Of a stretch of 40,110 nucleotides of DNA, positions 33,956-40,110 are shown in pieces. The stretch is from a virus (Duplodnaviria; Heunggongvirae; Uroviricota; Caudoviricetes). The number at the start of each line of letters is the position of its first letter. Positions within the stretch are counted from its first letter, which is position 1. Both the position numbers and the translations under genes were made by a program. The notes beneath the pieces were generated by a model. It worked only from the letters and a program-made list of their open reading frames with translations, had not been told where the DNA came from and searched no databases. The stretch is from the IMG/VR virus record IMGVR_UViG_2897369580_000002. One strand, given 5' to 3'.

Positions 33956-34540
33956 ATGAAAAGTATCCAGGACGTCCGCAGGCAAAATCTCAACGACTTG
34001 ATCGACCGTGAATTCAATGGTGTTCAGACGCGGATGGCAGAAAAACTTGGAACTCAGGCAAATCTGGTAAACCGCTGGGCTCTTGGCAAGAAGGTTATCG
34101 GCGACCAGGTTGCGCGAAAAATTGAAGCTGCCGCCAATAAACCACGTAACTGGCTTGATATCGATCGCTCGCTTTCTCAGGAAGGTTTTCAGCCTGTCGG
34201 CCCAAGCGACATTGGTCAGCTGGCGGCTCACAACCTGGAACGCTGGATGAGCGAAAGCCGCGACCTTTCAACACAGGGAAAACTTCACCGCGCATCCGGC
34301 GTCGCCCAGGTGACAATCAGCCGCCTGTTAAACAATGAGGTCAGCGTTTCCATTTCCACCCTGGAGAATGTTGCATCCGCATTCGGGCGTCACGGCTATG
34401 AATTACTGATTCACCCGCACGACCCTGCGACCATCAACTATGACCGCTCGCGCTACGCATTGTTACCCGAAACCGAGAAAGCAAAGATCGAAAGTTATAT
34501 TGAATTTGTCATCAACCAGAACGAAAAAAACAAACAATAA
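33956..34540 (+). CDS. prophage repressor candidate with tandem HTH domains, no autocleavage domain
   Basis: Two HTH-like regions (QTRMAEKLGTQANLVNRWALGKK and GKLHRASGVAQVTISRLLNNEVSVS); no Ala-Gly / Ser-Lys peptidase S24 signature seen; own terminator. Confidence 0.55.
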   Translation: MKSIQDVRRQNLNDLIDREFNGVQTRMAEKLGTQANLVNRWALGKKVIGDQVARKIEAAANKPRNWLDIDRSLSQEGFQPVGPSDIGQLAAHNLERWMSESRDLSTQGKLHRASGVAQVTISRLLNNEVSVSISTLENVASAFGRHGYELLIHPHDPATINYDRSRYALLPETEKAKIESYIEFVINQNEKNKQ

Positions 34541-34560
34541 AATCATACTTTTCAGTAAGT

Positions 34561-34586
34561 AAGCCGCCTTCTGGCGGCTTTTTTAT
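34561..34586 (+). terminator. rho-independent terminator after repressor gene
   Basis: AAGCCGCC-ttct-GGCGGCTT followed by TTTTATT. Confidence 0.8.
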
Positions 34587-34597
34587 TGCCTATACTA

Positions 34598-34612
34598 TTA
34601 CCTAATAGGTAA
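34598..34612. promoter_or_regulatory. palindrome TTACC-N5-GGTAA (copy 11)
   Basis: ATTACCTAATAGGTAAT at 34597-34613, perfect 6-bp arms. Confidence 0.6.
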
Positions 34613-34632
34613 TTTTTTTTAACTCATATCTA

Positions 34633-34659
34633 TTGACATCAAACCAAATACGCATAATT
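34633..34659 (+). promoter_or_regulatory. sigma70-like early-left promoter
   Basis: TTGACA (34633-34638), 15-16 bp spacer, CATAAT/ATAATT (34654-34660); operator-like palindrome begins at 34660. Confidence 0.55.
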
Positions 34660-34660
34660 A

Positions 34661-34675
34661 TTACCTCAACGGTAA
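34661..34675. promoter_or_regulatory. palindrome TTACC-N5-GGTAA (copy 12), overlapping early-left promoter -10/+1
   Basis: ATTACCTCAACGGTAAC at 34660-34676. Confidence 0.6.
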
Positions 34676-34694
34676 CAGACCGAGGTAACAAGTT

Positions 34695-34847
34695 ATGCAG
34701 TGGAAAATCATCAACGGTTGGTACTGCGTTACTGCATGCGGATTCATGAGCTGGAAGTTCCGCACCTTACAGGAAGGCATTAAGTGGGCTTTCGTCAGCA
34801 AAGAAGCTCGCGATGTGGCCAACGATAACGAGATATGGGAGGGCTGA
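34695..34847 (+). CDS. small Trp/Cys-rich peptide, first gene of early-left operon (Kil-like candidate)
   Basis: ATG with RBS GAGGTAACAAGTT; 50 aa; stop 3 nt before next start. Confidence 0.45.
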   Translation: MQWKIINGWYCVTACGFMSWKFRTLQEGIKWAFVSKEARDVANDNEIWEG

Positions 34848-34849
34848 TA

Positions 34850-35149
34850 ATGAACGTTAATCAGCAGAAAAATCTTCAAAAAATCATGCTGGCATTCGAC
34901 AAGGACTACCGCCTGTCAGAACAGCTATATGACCGACAAGTTGAACTGATCGAGAGCATCCGGCTTCATCAACTGGCCTCAACTTTTGACGCTGTAACAG
35001 GCAAAGGAGTTCGCCAGGAAGTGCTGGAGGCAGCTAAAGACAGCCATGAGTTCGAAGAACTTATGGATGCCTACCGGCGCGAGGCAATGGCAATTATCGC
35101 CCGCTGGGATCTGGCGGATCGGATTGATGGGCAGAGGGAAGCGGCATGA
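34850..35149 (+). CDS. hypothetical early protein
   Basis: ATG at 34850 with strong RBS GGGAGGG (ORF-track start 34835 lacks an RBS); 99 aa. Confidence 0.55.
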   Translation: MNVNQQKNLQKIMLAFDKDYRLSEQLYDRQVELIESIRLHQLASTFDAVTGKGVRQEVLEAAKDSHEFEELMDAYRREAMAIIARWDLADRIDGQREAA

Positions 35150-35967
35150 AACCGGGAATTTATTTCGACATCAGCAACGAAGACTACCACGCCGGTGACG
35201 GCGTGAGTAAGTCGCAACTGGACATGGTTGCCAAGAATCCGGCGCTTCTTAAATGGGTTCAGGCAGCACCAGAAGACGAAGAGAAAAAGTCTGCACTGGA
35301 TATGGGAACCGCATTGCACTGTCTGCTTCTGGAGCCTGGAGAATTCGACAAACGCTTCATTGTTTCACCGAAGTTCGATCGTCGGACAAAACAAGGTAAA
35401 GCTGACGAAGAAGCATTTCTTCGTGATGTGGCGGATATGGGTATTACGGTACTTGATGTCGAGCAGTGGCGAAAACTGGAGCTGATGCGTGATAGCGCAA
35501 TGGCTCATCCGGCGGCACGCTGGATGCTGGAAGCACCTGGTTACTGCGAAGCATCAATGTACTGGAACGATGAAGAGACGGGTGAGTTGTGCCGAATTCG
35601 TCCAGACAAATGGCTGAACGAGCACAACGTGATCGTCGACGTGAAAAAGGTTGCAGATATGGACCGTTTTGCACGCCACATCGAGGAATTCCGCTACCAC
35701 GTGCAGGACGCAATGTACCGCGAAGGCGCAATGAGGGTTACTGGTCAGCCGCATGGTTTTTTCTTTCTTGCCGTCAGCGAAAGCATTGATTGTGGTCGGT
35801 ATCCGGTACGCGTGTTCGAGCTGGATGCGCCAGATGTCGATGCCGGGCACGCTCTGTTCCGCCGGGATCTGAATACCTATCACGAATGCCGCATCAACGA
35901 TGAATGGGGCGGAGTGGAAATTATTAAACGCCCTGACTGGGCACGTAAACAGGATATGTACGTATGA
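35146..35967 (+). CDS. PD-(D/E)XK family exonuclease (RecE-like C-terminal domain type)
   Basis: N-terminal GIYFDISNEDYHAGDGVSKSQL and Asp/Glu/Lys pattern typical of phage exonucleases paired with RecT; ATGA overlap with upstream gene. Confidence 0.6.
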   Translation: MKPGIYFDISNEDYHAGDGVSKSQLDMVAKNPALLKWVQAAPEDEEKKSALDMGTALHCLLLEPGEFDKRFIVSPKFDRRTKQGKADEEAFLRDVADMGITVLDVEQWRKLELMRDSAMAHPAARWMLEAPGYCEASMYWNDEETGELCRIRPDKWLNEHNVIVDVKKVADMDRFARHIEEFRYHVQDAMYREGAMRVTGQPHGFFFLAVSESIDCGRYPVRVFELDAPDVDAGHALFRRDLNTYHECRINDEWGGVEIIKRPDWARKQDMYV

Positions 35968-36845
35968 GCAATGATATCGCAATCACATCACAACCAGGCG
36001 CAACTGTAGGCACTGCTGCGGCAATCTTCAGCCCCGAGGGCATGAATCAACTGGTGCGTTTCGCTGAGTTGATGTCACAAAGCAAAGCGACTGTACCGAA
36101 ACATCTTGAAGGCAAACCTGCCGATTGCCTGGCGGTGACCATGCAGGCGGCACAGTGGGGAATGAACCCTTTCGCCGTGGCGCAGAAAACGCATGTGGTA
36201 AACGGAACGTTAGGCTACGAAGCACAGTTGGTAAACGCGGTCGTATCCTCTTCCAGCCTGCTAGCGACACGCCTGAATTATCGCTGGAGCGGTGACTGGT
36301 CGAATGTTAACGGCAAAACAGATAAATCACCGAATCTGACGGTAACTGTGTCAGCAGTCCTTAAAGGAGAAGCAGAACCACGTGAGCTTACCATCAGTAT
36401 GGCGCAAGCCGGAGTGCGTAACTCTCCATTGTGGGAACAGGATCCGCGCCAGCAACTTGCCTATCTTTGCACGAAACGATGGGCTCGCCTGCACGCTCCT
36501 GATGTACTTCTTGGTGTTTACACCCCTGACGAATTACAGGAAACGGCACCGCGCGTTGAGCGAGACATTACTCCGCAAACAACTACTGCTGCGGGAATGA
36601 ACAGTCTGATCAACGCTAAACCAGTGAAAAAGCCTGATGAGCAAACGCGTAAAGCGGATAGCCGTGATCCAGAAGAAATGCTGATGGCCTTTACCAGCGC
36701 AGCGATGAATTACAGCACTGTCTCCGAACTGGATAAGGCTTACAAATACATTGCACAAAAACTTTCAGATGATGACGAACTGCTGGCAAAAGCCACCGAC
36801 GTTTACAGCGTTCGTCGGGAAGAATTAAACGAAACATCTATGTAA
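35964..36845 (+). CDS. RecT-family single-strand annealing recombinase
   Basis: Conserved core CLAVTMQAAQWGMNPF...VNGTLGYEAQL; immediately downstream of and overlapping the exonuclease gene. Confidence 0.75.
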   Translation: MSNDIAITSQPGATVGTAAAIFSPEGMNQLVRFAELMSQSKATVPKHLEGKPADCLAVTMQAAQWGMNPFAVAQKTHVVNGTLGYEAQLVNAVVSSSSLLATRLNYRWSGDWSNVNGKTDKSPNLTVTVSAVLKGEAEPRELTISMAQAGVRNSPLWEQDPRQQLAYLCTKRWARLHAPDVLLGVYTPDELQETAPRVERDITPQTTTAAGMNSLINAKPVKKPDEQTRKADSRDPEEMLMAFTSAAMNYSTVSELDKAYKYIAQKLSDDDELLAKATDVYSVRREELNETSM

Positions 36846-36894
36846 CCACCACCGCGGCGCCACACGCGCCGCACTGCAACCAAGAGAGGTATTT

Positions 36895-37143
36895 ATGAAA
36901 GGTGCATTAGGTAAGAAGGAACTCCTGGCGGTGGTGCCACTGTCATGGAGCACTATCGACCGTATGGAGCGCGCAGGGGAATTTCCTAAACGCTGGTATA
37001 TCACTGACAAACGCTGCGCATGGAACCGTGACGAAGTTGAGCGTTGGCTTGATGAACGTCAGGCAGCAAGCCCGGCAGAGTTCCAGGGTAAAAAACCTCC
37101 TGTTCAGCAACGTGTATATCGTCCCGTGAGCAACGCTGCATGA
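36895..37143 (+). CDS. AlpA-family HTH regulator / excisionase candidate
   Basis: LLAVVPLSWSTIDRMERAGEFPKRWYITDKRCAWNRDEVERWL matches the AlpA/Xis-type motif; RBS AGAGAGG. Confidence 0.65.
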   Translation: MKGALGKKELLAVVPLSWSTIDRMERAGEFPKRWYITDKRCAWNRDEVERWLDERQAASPAEFQGKKPPVQQRVYRPVSNAA

Positions 37144-37252
37144 GTGCGCTGCTAAGGCACTGGATCAAATGGTCAGGATGGTACTTATTCCTGGCCTCTG
37201 TTTCAGCATGGCTTTATCTGCTGGCATTAATTTTCAGAGAGGGTTGGATTAA

Positions 37253-37552
37253 GTGAGAAAGTTAAGCCGACTTGAAAAATATCACATGAATAAGGTTTCA
37301 ATGCGCAGTCCGTCAAAGATTGTCGCCGTTACTCCTGCGGCGATAGAGATCGAAAAACGCGCGATTGAAAGAGAGAAAAAAGGGCAGTTCCGCATTGCCG
37401 CCCACCTTTGGCTTCAGTGTATGGATGTTGCTTCTGGTGATGTTGAACGTGCAAGGATCGCGATTCTCAGGGACCAATGTATCACAAAAGGTAACGGACT
37501 TCGCCGTGGCGACTATAGCGGCATAGGATGTTGTGGGGTGGTTTATGACTAA
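37253..37552 (+). CDS. hypothetical small protein
   Basis: GTG start with RBS GAGGG upstream; alternative internal ATG; 99 aa. Confidence 0.4.
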   Translation: MRKLSRLEKYHMNKVSMRSPSKIVAVTPAAIEIEKRAIEREKKGQFRIAAHLWLQCMDVASGDVERARIAILRDQCITKGNGLRRGDYSGIGCCGVVYD

Positions 37553-38195
37553 GAAATACACACTAATCTATGCAGATCCACCCTGGGCATACCGGGACAA
37601 AGCCACAGATGGTAATCGCGGTGCCGGTTTTAAATATCCGGTTATGAGTGTGCTGGATATCTGCCGCCTTCCTGTGTGGGATTTGGCCGGTGAAAACTGT
37701 CTGTTGGCCATGTGGTGGGTGCCAACACAACCACTCGAAGCACTAAAAGTTGTTGAAGCCTGGGGATTTCGTCTGATGACGATGAAGGGCTTCACGTGGA
37801 TAAAATGTGGTAGTCGACAACCAGATAAACTGGTTATGGGTATGGGACACATGACTCGCACCAATAGTGAAGATTGCCTGTTTGCGGTAAAGGGAAAACT
37901 ACCTACGCGCATTAATGCAGGGATCGTTCAGTCATTTACCGCACCGCGGCTTGAGCATTCAAGAAAGCCAGATATCGTTCGTGAAAAACTTGTGCAATTA
38001 TTAGGCGATGTTTCTCGCATTGAACTGTTCGCCCGCCAGACGTCTCATGGCTTTGATGTTTGGGGTAATCAGTGCGAAGACCCGGCAGTGCAACTACACC
38101 CTGGATACGCGTTGGATATTGGCGGATTAACAAATGCATTCAGCAATGCTCCGCTGTCACCAATAGACAACCAGGGGCGGGAGCGTGCAGCATGA
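37545..38195 (+). CDS. DNA N6-adenine methyltransferase, MT-A70 family
   Basis: Catalytic DPPW motif ([10 protein letters not shown]); start placed at ATG 37545 with RBS GGGGTGG (ORF-track start 37533 is GTG). Confidence 0.8.
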   Translation: MTKKYTLIYADPPWAYRDKATDGNRGAGFKYPVMSVLDICRLPVWDLAGENCLLAMWWVPTQPLEALKVVEAWGFRLMTMKGFTWIKCGSRQPDKLVMGMGHMTRTNSEDCLFAVKGKLPTRINAGIVQSFTAPRLEHSRKPDIVREKLVQLLGDVSRIELFARQTSHGFDVWGNQCEDPAVQLHPGYALDIGGLTNAFSNAPLSPIDNQGRERAA

Positions 38196-38851
38196 GCCTA
38201 TATCAACGCATCAATGGCGCTGACTGGTGCAATATCTTCGTCGTCGGCGATCTGCATGGGTGCTACACGCTGCTGATGAACGAACTCGACAAAGTTTCAT
38301 TCGACCCGGCGCGCGATTTACTTATTTCCGTTGGTGACCTTGTTGACCGCGGCGCTGAAAACCTCGAATGCCTGGATTTGATTACTATGCCGTGGTTCCG
38401 AGCTGTTCGTGGCAACCATGAGCAGATGATGCTGGATGCACTGGTCAACGGCGGAAGTTTCGGACATTGGATGTCAAACGGCGGTGGATGGTGGCACCAA
38501 CTTGATTCTGAGCAGGATGTGCAAATCAAATACCTTCTGCCAAAGATTGCCAACCTCCCGATGATTATCGAACTGGTTACCGGCAATAAGAAGGTCGTCA
38601 TCTGTCACGCAGACTACCCGCACAACGAATACGCATTCGATAAGCAAGTACCAGAAGAAATGGTGATATGGAATCGTGAGCGGGTTAGCGACGCGCAGGA
38701 CGGTATTGTCTCGGAGATAACCGGTGCCGATTTGTTCATCTTCGGTCATACGCCAGCACATCACCCACTGGTGTATGCAAACCAGATGTACATCGACACC
38801 GGCGCAGTGTTCTGCGGAAATCTGACGCTTATCAAAGTCCAGGAAGGATAG
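38192..38851 (+). CDS. Ser/Thr protein phosphatase (lambda PPase-like metallophosphatase)
   Basis: Metallophosphatase motifs GDLHG, GDLVDRG, GNHE; ATG overlaps methyltransferase stop (ATGA). Confidence 0.85.
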   Translation: MSLYQRINGADWCNIFVVGDLHGCYTLLMNELDKVSFDPARDLLISVGDLVDRGAENLECLDLITMPWFRAVRGNHEQMMLDALVNGGSFGHWMSNGGGWWHQLDSEQDVQIKYLLPKIANLPMIIELVTGNKKVVICHADYPHNEYAFDKQVPEEMVIWNRERVSDAQDGIVSEITGADLFIFGHTPAHHPLVYANQMYIDTGAVFCGNLTLIKVQEG

Positions 38852-38853
38852 AA

Positions 38854-40110
38854 TTATTTATTACTGTCTTCCATCCACTTCTCAAACTTCGACGGGGAGA
38901 ACGGAATCAGATCCGTATGCTCCCCGTCAATCCAGGAATCAATCATATCTGCCCACTGCTGCAACATGTAGGCGCGCTGTCTGGCGTATTCCGCTTTGTT
39001 ATATACGGCGCGCACACCTTTCTGCTCATGTGCCAGAGCCTTTTCAATCCAGTCTGAAGGATAACCAGCCTCATGCAACAACGTACTGGCTGTACGGCGC
39101 ATATCGTGTACGGTGAAGTCCTGAATATGCTCACCATCTTCATTTATTATTTTCACCGTTCTGTCGATCAGAGAGTTCAACGCGGCATTAGATAATGGCT
39201 TCCGGAAATTGTAACGACCAGGAACCAGGTATTCACTTCCACCAGCGCACATCTGCAACCCAACCAATATATCCTGTGCTTGTTTAGGCAGGTAAATAAC
39301 GTGCGCCCGGCTTCCCTTCATGCGGCCTGAAGGAATTGTCCATGTCCATTTTTTAAAATCTATTTCATCCCACGTTGCATTGGTGAATTCGCCTTTACGA
39401 ACCATAGTGATAAGCACCAGCTTTAAAGCCATTTTCATAGTGCCCATAGCACCAATGGCATCCAGCGTGCGGAAGAACAGACCAATTTCTTCTGGTGTCA
39501 GTGTTCGCTCTCGTGGTTTAAATATGGCGATAGACGAAGGTTTAATGTCAGCAGCAGGATTAAACAAACCATGACCACGGTCATTGGCGTGACGGTATAC
39601 GCTGCTGATGATCTCCCTGGCCTGTACTGCTGTTGCCCGACCACCGCGTTCGACAATCCGGTCACACAAATCACGAACCATCGATGTGGTAATTTCAGCC
39701 ATCATTTTGTTGCCAAGAACCGGAAGTATGTCACGGTCGATCACCGCCTGCTTCATTGCGCGGGTACTTTCAGCCAGGATGACGTGTTTCATATAACTGT
39801 CGGTATGTACCGCAAACGTCTCGGCACCACGAATCTTTTTGATACCGTCACGTTTAGCCGCAGCCGGCGACTGGCCTGCTTTAAGCAGCTTCTTTGCAGC
39901 AATCAGTTCTTCTCGCGCTTCTGCCAGGCTGATACCGTCACGCCCATACTGCCCGATTACCAGTGTTTCGCGGCGACCGTTGATACGGTAGTCATAGCGA
40001 AACGAGACCGTACCTGACGTAAGCACAGCTACATACAGCCCGTCACGATCGGAAACTTTGTACAGTTTGTCCTGTGGCTTGAGGTTTTTTAATTTTGTAT
40101 CGGTAAGCAC
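38854..40110 (-). CDS. tyrosine integrase (P4/CP4-57-like, N-terminal arm-binding domain); 5' end at or beyond window edge
   Basis: Catalytic residues in HDMRRTAST and ALAHEQKGVRAVY; N-terminal DGLYVAVLTSGTVSFRYDY arm-binding-like domain; ORF touches window end (GTG at edge). Confidence 0.9.
   Translation of the reverse strand: MLTDTKLKNLKPQDKLYKVSDRDGLYVAVLTSGTVSFRYDYRINGRRETLVIGQYGRDGISLAEAREELIAAKKLLKAGQSPAAAKRDGIKKIRGAETFAVHTDSYMKHVILAESTRAMKQAVIDRDILPVLGNKMMAEITTSMVRDLCDRIVERGGRATAVQAREIISSVYRHANDRGHGLFNPAADIKPSSIAIFKPRERTLTPEEIGLFFRTLDAIGAMGTMKMALKLVLITMVRKGEFTNATWDEIDFKKWTWTIPSGRMKGSRAHVIYLPKQAQDILVGLQMCAGGSEYLVPGRYNFRKPLSNAALNSLIDRTVKIINEDGEHIQDFTVHDMRRTASTLLHEAGYPSDWIEKALAHEQKGVRAVYNKAEYARQRAYMLQQWADMIDSWIDGEHTDLIPFSPSKFEKWMEDSNK

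Larger units (their letters stand above)
1179..40110. mobile_element. integrated temperate prophage (podovirus-like virion module, lambda-like replication module); right end beyond window
   Basis: Contiguous lysis, tailspike, internal-protein, capsid, portal, terminase, replication, immunity, recombination and integrase genes; att remnant at left; integrase at right window edge. Confidence 0.85.

Noticed and set aside
33956-34540. Calling the 194-aa regulator a LexA/CI-type autocleaving repressor
   Set aside because: No Ala-Gly cleavage site or Ser/Lys catalytic dyad pattern could be seen; instead there are two HTH-like segments, so induction by antirepressor is the better reading.

Overview
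The window holds two host-like genes (1-1071, a glycine-zipper lipoprotein and a coiled-coil secreted protein, tentatively yfgH/yfgI-like) followed by one integrated temperate prophage that runs from about 1179 to beyond the right edge. The left junction carries the reverse complement of ATTGAGTGGGAATGA (1164-1178), which I recall as the last codons of guaA (..IEWE stop), so the phage appears to be inserted at the guaA 3' end, with the tyrosine integrase (38854-40110, cut by the window edge) at the far side. Gene order right to left on the minus strand: immunity switch (tandem-HTH repressor on +, Cro-like on -), lambda O/P-like replication module with iterons inside the O-like gene, nin-like small genes, terminase small and large subunits, a plus-strand cargo unit carrying tRNA-Arg(UCU), portal, scaffold, HK97-fold capsid, a podovirus-like block of large internal/ejection proteins (one with a lytic transglycosylase domain), an AT-rich plus-strand cargo island, a tailspike with beta-helix and C-terminal self-cleaving chaperone domain, and a lysis cassette (two membrane proteins, GH19 endolysin, Rz/Rz1) abutting the left junction. 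The early-left operon on the plus strand encodes a small peptide, a PD-(D/E)XK exonuclease, RecT, an AlpA-like regulator, an MT-A70 methyltransferase and a Ser/Thr phosphatase. The most interesting signals are (i) a family of at least 12 copies of a 15-17 bp palindrome TTACC-N5-GGTAA scattered through intergenic regions of the whole prophage, one overlapping the early-left promoter; (ii) a near-consensus LexA box in front of a Bro-N antirepressor module, paired with a repressor that shows no autocleavage domain; (iii) three copies of the 12-bp palindrome GTGACATGTCAC at module boundaries; (iv) an AT-rich cargo operon of unknown function. Several ORF-track starts are non-ATG N-terminal extensions and were corrected to internal ATGs with Shine-Dalgarno support. 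All calls are from reading the sequence; no searches were run.
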